A stretch of DNA of 64,000 nt from contig OU015566.1 of the NCBI GenBank assembly GCA_907165135.1, positions 2,108,001-2,172,000 of the forward strand, in the 5' to 3' direction. The notes under the pieces are model-generated. The model saw only the letters and a program-made list of their open reading frames with translations. It did no database searches and was not told the DNA's origin. This DNA is from Oikopleura dioica (taxonomy: Eukaryota > Animalia > Chordata). The translations under genes were made by a program, and so were the position numbers. Shown piece after piece: positions 47,452-59,700 of the stretch. Within the stretch, counting starts at the first letter, position 1. Each line of letters begins with the position of its first letter.

Positions 47452-49160
47452 TCGGATTCGGTATCGCAGAGGCTAAGATTATTCTTTCGTATTAGCACAT
47501 AGAGCCATTAAATAATTATACGAACAATTTATCAACACATCCTTCTCACGTCTCACCGGGCAGATTACAGGTTTTGTCAGAACGCCAATACTAATAGCCA
47601 CTTAAATTCATTCAAACGGATTCTTTGTTCTGTCATTGAGATAACAAAAAGACGTAAAATGTGGACAACAATTTATGTCTCTGTTATTTTATGCTCTGCC
47701 TCTTCTTTGGTAAGTCTTCAGAAGGATATTCTTCAAAGATGACCGAAAATCTTTCAGACATTGCCGGACTCATCGCGAATTGGAAAGAACCAGGAGGCGA
47801 TTTTAAAGCGATTTCCAGTCGGAATTCTTGCTGAATATTCCTTCAACGATGAGGAGAGCCCGGACTATTATAATTATAATCTTACAAAATAAAGAAGGAA
47901 AAGACTGTTGAGAATCTCAACTTAAGTCAATACATGTTTGTTATTATTTGTTAACTTATCATTTTGAAGCAATATACAGATAGACGAAAATGGTAAGAAC
48001 GATGAGGAAGGAAATCTTCAGATGGCTTTTTTCAGGGTTTAAAATCATCAAAGCTCATGATAAGTTTTTGTTTGAATTTTTTTGACCCTTGATTAATCAA
48101 GCTTCTTCTTAGTCTTTGTTCTTCAGCAGGGCTATAGTTAGCACGAGCTCCAGACGCGAATAACGATTCTGCCTCGTCAACGTTTCCAGTCTTTGAGAGT
48201 TTTTTTGCTTGGAAAAAATCTTTCTCTTACCTCGATATCATAGAAGAGAACCTTCGTCATAATCTCTTTCTTCCAAACTCATTGGCAAAATAAGCTTGCA
48301 AAGTCTATCTTGAAGACTTCTAGAGACTCATTTTTTTATTTTATCCCGTCGTCAAACTGGTGAATGGGATAATAATTCTTCGAGCGTTAAATGCTCCAGC
48401 CGGGTGAAAGAGGGCTTCTGATTTATAAATTCTAACCGAAACAAGCTAAATCAACAGCTTGACAGATACTTTTAGGATGGTTTCATAAGCAAAAATGATA
48501 CTTTTCTTGGCCAAGATTTTTCTCAAATCTGATTGGACTTCCGGGTGAATACTGTTATCTGATTGGTTCAAAATTTTTGTTTAAATTGTCACTTATTTTT
48601 TAATGACTCATTATATGAAGCTTTTATTTTTCATTTTTACATATAAGATTTATTTTAAAATTTTATGTTTAAATTAATTTTTGTAAACAAAGAAGATAAT
48701 TCTGATCCAAATTTTTCTAAGTACCATTTATACTACGCTAGAATATCACGTTCTCCCTTGATTGGTCCACAGCCTTTGAAATTCCCTGGACAAATGATGT
48801 ACGGCCCGTTACTTCTGAGGAGTACTGCCCGAGGCAAATGTACGGCGCTGGGCAACGCTAGAATTCTGCTGAGCGGCGCATTTTGAAGAGAACGCGCGGC
48901 AGGTACGTGATGGTTTTATGCAAACGTTACTGTTTTCGATTTATTGTGGGAGCAGTGGGGAATGTTCCGGGGGCGAGAAAGATACTATCGTAGTAGATTG
49001 GCCCTAAAATGAGAAAAAGAAAAAAAGACTGGAATTTTTTACCGGTCTCAAGAAAATTGTTTGCGACATCAGTTTTCAACTTTGATAAAAATGTAGTTAT
49101 CAACCACTTGATAAGAAAAAATACAAAATTTTCTTATCATCCTCGCTCGGCCCCAAAATC

Positions 49161-49864
49161 ATGAAGCAAGCATACTGCCAGAGAGACATTTTTCACGCTC
49201 CAACGGATGGAGAGATTATTTGCAGAGGAGTTGTCCAGCAAGATGTGCCAGTAGGAACGAAGTGTTCGATCACCTGCAATGCTGCGATTGCCGATCCGAG
49301 GGAGATTGCTTGCTTGCCAAGTGGTTGGGATGCGGGTAAGTCGATCTTCAGGTGACACCCTTAATTCCTTTCTCTCAGATATTGCAAGATGCGATGCTAC
49401 CTCCGGAGGTCTAAGTCCCGGAACACAGGTCGCCCTCATTTGCGTCGGCCTCATTCTTCTTTGTGTTGCGACTTTCCTCTATCAACGATTCCGAAAGCAG
49501 AAAATAGAAGGTTAGAATATATAAAATGCCTCTCTTACAAGTCGTCATAAGAAAATACCGCGAAGAACCAAACGATGGGCCACACAAACGCGTCATTTGA
49601 TCCAGACCGAACTTATGGAATGGGCCGCGAAGGGTTCGACAATTTGCAAGCTGTCAATGCTGGAGAAATAAGCCCTCTTCCGCAGCCAAAGAATCGACCT
49701 GGAAAAGGCTATCATCCAGCTGGACAGGTACACTTTATTAAGAGAGATATCTGGAGCACATATTTTAGGGAATTCATGATTTCATGGGGACATGTACAAT
49801 CGGTACTGTTTCTCAAAACCCGAAGCTCGGAAAGTGGACTGAAGACCCAAAGAACCTTGCATAA
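49161..49864 (+). CDS. Sushi/CCP-like + TM + conserved tail protein, paralogue of 7784-8788
   Basis: MKQAYCQRDIFHAPTDGEIICRG...GTKCSITC...IACLPSGWD | DIARCDATSGGL...VALICVGLILLCVATFLYQRFRK | ...[38 protein letters not shown]|[12 protein letters not shown]...*. Confidence 0.75.
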
Positions 49865-50091
49865 CTTGTGCTTCCGAACTGTATAAAAGAATTTTAAAGG
49901 AATAAAAACCTGCTGCATATGTAAGGGCGTTTTTTCCGCAAGAGGAAGTATTCGTTAGAGAATTCGTAACGGTTGCATACCGAAATAAGACAATATTAAA
50001 TACGAAATAATTTATTTTCAAAATTTACAATTTAATTTAAAGCGAATAAAGATAGTTGTCAAAGAGCAAGTATCATGGCAAATCAAGCTTT

Positions 50092-52061
50092 TCAATTGAT
50101 GGCCAATCGTTCTGAGCATTTGAGTCCTCGAAGAAGACGATTGAAGACCAGTTTTGATCGTCTGAAATCGGAGTCAATACTGTCATATCTTCGCTTTGCC
50201 TCTCGATTTTCGTTAAGATCAATTTGATCTAAGCAAACATTGTGATCATAGAAAGACATCGTTGATTCCATCAAGGAAACGATGCTTCCGCAAATGTCGC
50301 TTTCGTTAATCTCTGGAGTCGTCCAGCCGTATGTGTCGAAAAGTGAATCAGCTGGAGAGTCGCAAGAGATTGAGTCAGAAGAATGCTCGTACATCCAGGA
50401 AAATCTTCGAATGACTCGGCCGAATTGCTTTATTTTCAACGTCCGTCTTCTTGTCCCTTCTGCTATCATCCTTGAGTCGAGGAGATCTTTCATGGTGGTG
50501 TAGGCGTAAATCATTCGATTTGTGTCGGTATCATCAATTGGCTCCATGTTTTCAAGCTCAGTTTCTAAGACTTCAGTTTCGAGAACTTCTGCATCTCCGA
50601 CATTGAGATTGTTGATGAAGTCTTGAACTTCTTCATTCACAAGATTAAGGATTTCTTCGTTCTCGTCTGTATCTCTTCGTTTTCTAGCTGGCTCTACTTG
50701 TGCTCCATTTACTGGAACGAGATATTTGCGGAAGTAGATAGTGGAGACGAAGGTGTACCAATGCCCGAAGCTAGATGGTCGCTCAGTTGCTTCGGAAAAT
50801 GACCATCTTCGAGTCATTCTTCGCTCATTTCCGCTTTCAGAAATTTGCTAAAACGGGAAGAAAAAATATAAGTTTCATATGTAAAAGGTAGGCTGAATTA
50901 CCCATTGGGTCATTTGACCATTCTCCGCTCTGAGATAGTCCAAGTAATTTTCGGCAGCTTCGATACCATAAAAAAGGCAGAAAATCTGAGTCGTTGCTTT
51001 GCTATCTCTCCAGAGAAGATTCGATGGATCGTTCGGACAATCCTCTCCATTGATCGCTGAAATTATGAATAATCTCAAACTGTATTAAAAAAAGCTTACC
51101 AAAACTAAAAGCATTCGCATTTTCCACTTCGTTTCCGCGAAGATCGCAAGTTTGGCCGTCGTATTTGAATTTGAAACATCCGGGAGTGTCAACGCATTTT
51201 GCAGCGCATCGATTTGCGAATGATTCTCCATCTTCATTTTGACCTCTTTCGAAGGAGCCAGCGTAATTTGAGAATGGGACGAGTTTATCTTGAGTTTCGA
51301 TTTTCCAAGTTTTCATCATGATGGATTGGTCACTGTTGTAGGGGAAGATGCAGAGAGGCTCGTTAACCTGGACGATGCATTGGGGATCGGTTCGCTCTTG
51401 ATTTTGGTTATTATCTTTAACAATGAAATTGATGCTTACTTGGAGTAACAGTTAATTGGAATCCCTCAAATTGATAGACGTTATCACTCGCGAAATTGAT
51501 TCTGATCGAGTCTCCTGGAACAAAGAACTCGCTGCCTGCTCCGAGCTCCTCAAAATCATCGGTCCAAGAACCGCTGTAAGAGTAGTAAGAGCTGTAAGAG
51601 CTGAATGAGCTATTAGAAGACTCGTAGCTGCTCGACTCGTCATCGTATACTGGTCGCTGATTGCAAAATGTGGAGTTGTAACTTTGATCTTCATTTGCTA
51701 TCGCTAGGTAGTCATAAACGCATCTTGGATGGCCTAAAAATTTTGCTATATAATGGACCATAATGTGAGGTAGTTACGTTCAATCTCGAATCTGGTTGTT
51801 TTGATTGTGAAGCCCTCAGCGCATTCATCATGGACCAGCCACTCGCAGAAAGTGTTTGCTGGATACTTGGTTGGGAACACGGGATCGACTGGAGACGAAA
51901 TCTCTACACTGGTCATCTGCTTTGTGAACTCAGTAAGACCTCCACAATCAGTGAACTGTCGACCTTGAGGCGACTCATTGAAAAGTCGACCCTCAGTTCT
52001 TCCATCTCTTTCTCGTCTTGCAGAGACAGCAACGATGGTAAAAAAACTCAAAGATTTTCAT
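50092..52061 (-). pseudogene. CUB-PAN-like paralogue, copy C, with a +1 frameshift in the signal peptide (or a sequence error)
   Basis: ATG 52061 is 10 nt from the conserved frame that starts at TTG 52051. Relative to B there is one extra base. All downstream exons are intact. Confidence 0.6.
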
Positions 52062-52988
52062 TTTGTATCTTATCGTACAAAATTAAATGAACAAAACTCC
52101 GGCCACGCTTCTATTTATGTCATTTTTCTCAGAGCGCGCTAGCGAGCACTTGCGCTCGTCGTACCAAAACATGTAATAAGCAAGCAACTGGTTAAAAATA
52201 TTCACTTTGAAGGGAGCAATAACTTATTGCCAATAAGGTAGTATAGTTTTTTAGATAGTATGCAATGAAATTTGGTTCAGGAGTCCTGAATCAGGACCAA
52301 TTATTTTATAATTTGGCAGAATTGGTATGATACCCCTAACTTTAAAGCCTGACCAAGGGGCTACGCCCCAGTCCCCCTTAAGCCTTACCCAAGGGCCCCC
52401 AGTAGGTTTTCTGAATCATAAATAAGGATTTCTGTTTCTTTTGATTAATTTTTATCAAAGATAGTCAGAAATGGTCCCCTTGTTTCTTTGTATTTTGGCC
52501 ATATCTTCTTGTTAACCGAGCGAACATACAATTAAAGGTATCTCTTAGAAACGTCTTAGAAATTTAACATCTAAAAAGATAATTACCTGCCAAAAACATT
52601 TTCTTATTATTGCATATTCTTAAAAATGATAGTAGCTAAATTCCCTACGTTGAGTTATTCTCGGAGGATAAATTTTAGACACCACGTTAATTGGTTCAGC
52701 AATTATCGAATAATTAAAAGAAAATGGTTTGTTTCGATTTTGAACTAGCATCAATTAATCCAATGAGCATAGTTCAATTCCTATTAACGATGCACGTTGC
52801 TAAACATCCACGAGAGAGGATTCGTTTTTAATAGAAACAAAAAATTAGGACAACTACAACTAGCGCTAGATTTTCACAACATCAGCAAGCAAAAATAATT
52901 GAATTTTTAAAGAAAGAATTTATTGAAATTATTTTCAATTTTTTTTTCAGATAGAGAAAAAATCAGTTGAATGTGAGAATAAAATAGT

Positions 52989-54965
52989 TTAATTGATTGC
53001 CAATCGTTCTTCGCATTTGAGTCCTCTGAGGAGACGATTGAAGACTAATTTCGATCGTCTGAAATCGGACTCAATGCTGTCGTATCGTCGTTTTGCTTCC
53101 CTATTTTCCTTGAGCTCAATCAGATCCAAGCAAACATTGTGATCGTAGAATGACATTGTTGATTCCATCAAAGAAATGATGCTGCCGCAAATGTTGCTTT
53201 CATCGATCGTAGGGGCCGTCAATTTTTCGGTGGGGAACTGACTCTGTTGGATAGTCGCAGGAGACAGAGTCGTAAGAATGCTCGTACATCCAGGAGAATC
53301 TGCGAATGACTCGGCTGAATTGCTTCATTTTGAAAGACTGCCTTCTTGTTCCTTCGGCTGTCATAGTCGAGTCGAGAAGTTCGCTCATCGTGCTGTATGC
53401 ATAGACCATCTGATTCGTGTCGGTATCCTCGATTGGTTCTAAGCTTTCAAGTTTGATCTCCGAAACTTCAGTTTCGAGCACTTCTACGTCATCTCCTATG
53501 TTCAGATTTGCGATGAAGTCTTGAACTTCTTGATTCGCAAGGGCGAGGAGTTCCTCATCATCGTCTGTCTGCCTTCTTTTTCTCGCATCTGTCGCTGTAG
53601 CGTTGACCGGGACGAGATAGTCTCGGAAGAAGATGGTAGTGACGAAGGTGTACCAGTGTCCCCAGTTTGTCGGTCGCTCTGTTGCTTCAGAAAACGTCCA
53701 TCTTCTCGTCATTTTTCGCGTTTGAACAGCGCCATTATGTGCGGCGACAGGAGTAACCTCCTTTATAAATGTGTTTAATACGATTGAGATGCGAAATTTA
53801 TTCTTACCCATTTCGTCATTTGTGGATTCGTCGCTCTGAGATAGTCCAAATACCAAAGCGCGTCATCAACTCCAGAAAAGTGGCAGAAAACTTGAGTTGT
53901 TGCTTTACGATCTCTCCAAAGGCGATTCGCCGGGTCGGAAGGGCAGTCTTCTCCGGTTAGCGCTAGAATAAGAGATCAGCTATGATAAAAAATTTTTTCT
54001 TACCATGAGCGAAAATTGTTGGCTCTTCCATCTTGTTTCCTCGAAGATCACAAGATTCCTGGCCTAGAGGAATAAATTTGAATTTGAAACATCCTGGAGT
54101 GTCAACGCATCTAGCTGCACATCTGTTAATGAAGTCGTCTCTATCTTCATCTGGATGTTTTTCAAAGGAGTGCGCGTAGTTCGAAATTGGGACAAGTTTA
54201 TCTACGGACACGGTTTGGCCGTCAAGATTCTGCCAGAGCGGCCAGGTTTTCATCATGACAGACCCATCACTGTTGTATGGAAAGATGCAATCCGGCTCCC
54301 ACTGGTTGGCGCTGCATTCAGAGTCTTCTGGGCGATCTTAAATAATGGTTTCTTTTTCTTTCATTGCATCAGCTGCGTTATTTACTTGGAATGACCAAAA
54401 TCTGGAATCCCTCGTGTTGTACCGATTCGTCAGTAAGGAAAGTGATGCTGATTCTGTTTCCAGGAATGATGACTTCGCTGCCTTCTTCGAGTGCGTGAAA
54501 TCCGATGACTTCCGATGAGTCGCTAGAGGAGTAGGAGTAATAATCGTTGTCATCATTGCAGTAAGTAGCGTTGAAAGTTTCATCTTGAGTTGCAAATGCA
54601 AGGTAGTCCCAAGTGCATCTTGTGTGACCTTAAAAATTTATTTATGCTATAAACTCGATTTTTTTCAAAAACTTACCTTCAATATCGAATTTGATTGTCT
54701 TGATCGTGAAGCTGTCAGCACAGTCATCCTGTAGAAGCCATTCGCAATACGTATTGTCTGGATACACCGTCGCATCGTTTGGATCGGCAGGCGACGTAAT
54801 CTCAAGACTCGTCATTTCCTTGGTGAACTCAGTGACACCCCCACAGTCAAAAAATTCAGTGGAACGACTTTCACCCGAGTCAAAAAACGACCGACCCTCG
54901 GTCTTTTCCTTTTTATCTCGTCTTGCAGAAATAGCAGAGATGGTTAAAAAGCTAAAAACTTTCAT
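52989..54965 (-). CDS. CUB-PAN-like paralogue, copy D
   Basis: Same exon structure and 'RKRRQ' site. The coding sequence appears intact, but the promoter is interrupted at 55042. Confidence 0.85.
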
Positions 54966-55041
54966 TTTGTATCTGATCGTACAAATGAGATGACAAAATT
55001 GAGTATTTCGCTCTATTTATGTGCTTTTTTCAGGGCGCGCT

Positions 55042-58000
55042 TTTTTTTTTTTTTAATATTGAATTTATTGAAGCTACTAATCACGTGGTTAGAAGCTTTG
55101 TACAGGAAATAATAATGAACAGAATAATGTACAAGATATATAAAACAAAAGAGGAGTGTGGGCTTGTGTGGGGAGTGTAGGAAAGTATGAAGGGGACGGG
55201 AGAGAGTGGGTCCTTGTGAAAAAGTGTAGGGCCTGCAACACAGAGCAGTTCTAGTTGTAGAGAGCAAACAAGAAAGGCTCAGCGAAAGCAGGCAACAGGT
55301 AGAGAGTGCCTCCCCATAGGCAGGCAGCTGCCTCCCTGCAAGGATTCTAACGAATCCAGTGCGCTCAACAAGAGCTACTGATGGCCTGTAAGTTACAAGG
55401 ACTTACCAGGCAAATCAGCAGTAACAGTATAAGCCCTAAGTGGACAACACAATAAAAAAAAACGCAATAAAAATAAAAATAATAAATAAAATAAATGGTC
55501 TAAATTATATACCGGGCAAATTAATGATAAAAAATAACTAAGCAAAAAAGTAAATTAAAGTAAAGTAAAAAAAGTAAAAAGTAAAAGAATTGAAAGAACG
55601 AGAGGAGAATAGACGATTGAGAGTTAAAGTAGAAATCAAAGGAAGAGTCTCCTACATAAGTACTATAGTTAAAGCAGTAAGACATGAGCCAGCGGAGTTA
55701 ACTGAATCTAGAGAAGGAGTTATGTTGGGAGGGAACGCAGGAAAAGAAGAGAATAAGAAAAGAAGATGCTGTTTGGAACGTCAGACGTCTTCATTAATCC
55801 CGGATTCGTGCGGCTGAGGCATAGCTACTAAAAGAAGATGCGTATATTGTTAAAAAGTTAAAAAAGTTAAGTCATTTATATACGGAAAATTCGGCTCAGG
55901 AAGACAACTGAGATCGACTTAGCGCCGAGAAACGAGAAAGTGACCAAAATTTTCTAGAATCCACCTGTTTTCATCGCTGAGAATTCATTTCATCGTCAGT
56001 TCAATTTTGGACACTTTCCCAAATAGCGATGTCTTTCATCGCCGATAACTATTTCCAGGTAAGTGGGATGCGTTGATAAACCGCAAAAATATAAGAGAAT
56101 TGTGATGACTCACCCCAGCTCACTGATAAGTGCCTGGCTCCCGTCTCTGAGGAGAGAATCACGTAACTACAATAAACTAGGAGGATAAAAAGAGAGAAAT
56201 CAAGATCATTTTTAATTTCAAGTAGTTTTTATAGTTTTAATAGTTTTTGTGCCATAGTTTCTTGGAATTTCATCCCTTTCCCTTGCGAAACACTACTTAT
56301 TTGAATCATTGCTAGCTACGGCTGATTTCCTTGCGTTTCCTTGGTATTTTTGTTAAGTTCAAAATATCGGGAAACAGTAGTTCTAGAGATTACTACTAAA
56401 TGTTCAAACAACCCAATTTGTATGCAATTTACAATTATTAAATTTGTTGTTGAGCTGCAACAGGGTAATTTTATCGTTTAGGTCTTGGGAGATTTTACGG
56501 AGGAAGAGCTCACCTTCTTCGATTTTTATGGATGGTTTCCAACTCCACTCGAGTTGGAAATCCATTTGCAAGAGAGTTTTCCTGAGTTGCCAAGTATTGG
56601 CACAACCCCCATGGAGCCTGTGGAGTACAGTCGTGGAAAGAAGAAGAACCCTAAAGGACGCCCCACTGTCGCTGATGTACTAAAGGGAGTGGAAAGTATC
56701 AAGATACCCGGACACTCCTCATCCCAGAAGGGTCTTGCAACCATCAGACGACAGAGGAAATCCCAGCGCCTCTTACAACAATCCAAATCGACTGCCGAGT
56801 CCAAGCTCCACCAGAAAAGCCATGAGGATTTGACCGGAAAACCCAACTCTGAGGCAGACACGGACCTGCCTGCTGCTAACTCTGAGGTTGAGATGGAGGT
56901 CGACCAAAAGCAAGGTGAGTCCTTTCTTTACCGACTATACATGGTTGTTGGAAATCGTTAGTCAAGCCTAACCATTTTTAACCACTCTTTTCCTCGTAGC
57001 CGATTTGCCTTTGGAACCCCCCACCGAGCAGGAGATATCAATGGCTGAGGAGACAATCAATGTCTCCCCTTTCTCGAAGGACGAGGCGGAAGAGGGGATC
57101 GACTGTGGTACTGAGCCTGTACGCGCTTTAAAACACCCTGGAATCCCCTTATCTACTACGGAGGGCCATCCGTCGCTTATCTCAGCCGACGTATCATTAC
57201 TGGCTGATCAATCCGAGCAAAGTGAGAATTGGGAGGAGATTCCATCATGGGCTGAATCACTTTATCATGCCTCAGAACTCCTATATTATGTAAGTCTTAC
57301 CGGTCCTGTCGCTTTATAATATATATCTAGAACGGTAAAGTAGAGGCTGAAACCCAGTGCAACATACCTTTACTTCAGGTCTCCTAGTAAGAACAATACA
57401 CCGTTACTAGAAATTATATACTCATAATTCGGTAGTTATCATGATTTCTCATACATTCTTTAGTATCTCCTGGGCGCTACCAACCGCGCACTGCAACACG
57501 ACCCTCAGAAGCAGCGCAGTCTTTATCACTTCTGCGCTAGTCTCATCCCTAGTGTGCTTTCAATGTACGATCCTACCGATGAAGTGACTGCCCGTATATT
57601 ATTACGAAACGTCAAGACACACTTGGTCAATCTCGATGAAGGCACCCCTGCGGAATGGAGACACTTGACTTCAGAAGTCCTTGATTTCATCGCCGCGTTT
57701 CTCACCCGATTTCAAGAGCGAGTGTTTTATCAGCAAGAGGTTGAGGCAACGGTCGATAGTTACAATCGCCTATACAATAGGTAGGTCTTTGCCTAGGTTT
57801 GGAGGCATCTGCCTCCGCTGCCGGAGGCAACCTCATAGTATTTTAAGTTTTAATAATATTTACATTTAACATTTAAATGACACTCATTAAGCTTGAGTCC
57901 ACTGTGCAATGAGTCAGAGCAGGAGTTGTTGATGTCCAACTTCGAGAAAATCTTCACTAAAGCCCCGCTTGAGACTCACTTGAGCGAATCCCTTAGAAAT

Positions 58001-59008
58001 TTACTCTGCTATCTCCTACAGGTAACCTTAGTTAGAACTGCGAAAGTACATAAGTTAGAACCTCTGTAATACTTGACTCTTAGCAACTCTACAGCGTTGT
58101 TTCCTCCTCCATTATAACCCAGATGACTGATAAAATGCCACCGCTGCTCCAGACTTTTGCACTTGTCAATCAATTATTGGATTGTCGAAAGAAGCCAGTG
58201 CCAACCACAATAGATTGGACCACACTCCCTTACCATCTGGAGTACCGACGACAGTATCATACTTGGAAGTTACAAGAGGAGGGCGACTCTGAAGGTGTGT
58301 GAACAATCTTATTATAACTTAACTTAATCTTCCCATGTTGGGAGTATACTACATTTCTTAAGCTACATTTTTAATTTCCGGGCTTTTGTAATATGAAAAG
58401 TATTTTAATTTCAATCTTAATTTTATTCTTTTTTCCATATACATGTATTCAGGTTTCATAGATCCTATTTTTAGCGCCCTCTTGTATTTTATCCCGAGCC
58501 ACCGAGTGTAAAGTTGCCACGCTGCATTCCCTGGAAGTTTATGATCAACTCCGTCAAACCGTCAAGCAAACTCGCGCCGAGGCTCTCGAGAGGGAGAGGT
58601 TGCGCTTGCAGGAGGAAGAAAGGGCACGAGCACAAGCAGAACAGGCCGAGCGTGAAAGAATAGAACAGGCCCAGCGGGAAAGGGATCAGGAGATGAACCG
58701 TGTTATCCCAGGACCCGCTGAGTCCCAATCTCCTGCTCCGGCTCCGGGACATACTACAGAACGAATGGAATCAGACGACGACATAATAGACGTGGTCAAT
58801 ACTCCCGAACCCAGTCCTCAACCAGCTGGAGAAGACTCTAGGCCCTTCGCGCCCTCATCGCAAATGGATTTTGATGCAGGAAGATTTCACGAAGAGGGTA
58901 CCGGAAGTAATTACTCTCAAGCCGGAGCACCCATCGAGTGTTACCTATTAATTGTTCAAGGGGACCGCTCACAAGTTGTACGTCTACCAAATCCACGTAA
59001 GTGAAAAA
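55042..59008 (-). mobile_element. 3.97-kb poly(A)-terminated insertion with a 3-bp GCT duplication (putative 5'-truncated retro-insertion)
   Basis: A minus-strand AATAAA (55064-55069) is followed by a 13-14 nt A tail. Removing the segment restores cagggcgcgctagcgagc, 17/18 identical to the copy C promoter (52130-52147). No RT or transposase ORF is visible. Confidence 0.7.
56029..58996 (+). CDS. Orphan multi-exon gene inside the insertion, apparently truncated at a GTAAGT donor (58997)
   Basis: MSFIADNYFQ|VLGDFTEEELTFF... followed by about 5 more GT-AG exons. Helical middle part, E/R/Q coiled coil (58600-58700) and Pro-rich tail. No recognisable family. Confidence 0.6.
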
Positions 59009-59164
59009 GCTAGCGAGCTTATCGCTCTATTGCGCTAACATTGTCGGAAATATGTTACACGACTCTTTAAGTGAAATACCCTGTAAATGATCTAGGTTAG
59101 CTTTCAGGCAAGTTTTAGTGAGTCGAAGATGGTTGGAGGCCGTTTGCGGCCTTTCCAACAATTC

Positions 59165-59607
59165 TTACGTTTACAGGCGCGTGGCAGTCTCACGGCCACG
59201 CAGAGCGATAAGATGAGTTAAACTCTATTTTATATCGGAAATTTTTGTATTTTTTGAAAATTCAATCGATTCTCTATCTGTAAGTATAATTTAAAGAAAA
59301 ATTCGCATGAAATTCTGGTCGGAAAAGCGTAAGAAAAAGTTCAGTCGGCGAAGAAAAGGGAAAGAATAATACAATTCGCTCGCCTTTTCCCTTTTTTCCA
59401 TTTTCTCAAATCTCAGCGCCGAGAATGACGTAACTTTGACCTCATTTTTCAACCCCTTAACGAATCGGAAAAATAAAAGAACAACATGTAGAAGAAAATG
59501 AAGACGATTCTCAATCTGTTTTTCCCTTTGGAAGTAGCTTTTTCGTCCCCTTTTCTCAGAATTCATCAAAAGGTGCGTGGACTTTAGACTGCCACGCGCC
59601 CGTTAAC
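59165..59607. mobile_element. Diverged inverted-repeat relic (MITE-like)
   Basis: acgtttacaggcgcgtggcagtct is inverted relative to agactgccacgcgcccgttaacg. No TSD seen. Confidence 0.45.
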
Positions 59608-59700
59608 GCATTAGATCGGATGCCCAGCTAACGGGTTTACCAGTGACCAGACGTGAAAAAAAATCAATTTGATAAAAATTTTTGAAATTCATAATACTTC

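Noticed and set aside
47659-47834. Two-exon 41-aa hydrophobic micro-ORF (MWTTIYVSVILCSAFF|DIAGL...)
   Set aside because: The splice sites are plausible, but it is too short and unsupported to call without expression data.
55042-59008. Assignment to LINE, LTR, Helitron or DIRS
   Set aside because: No RT, endonuclease, LTR pair, TC...CTRR ends or recombinase motif is visible, so the family is left unassigned.
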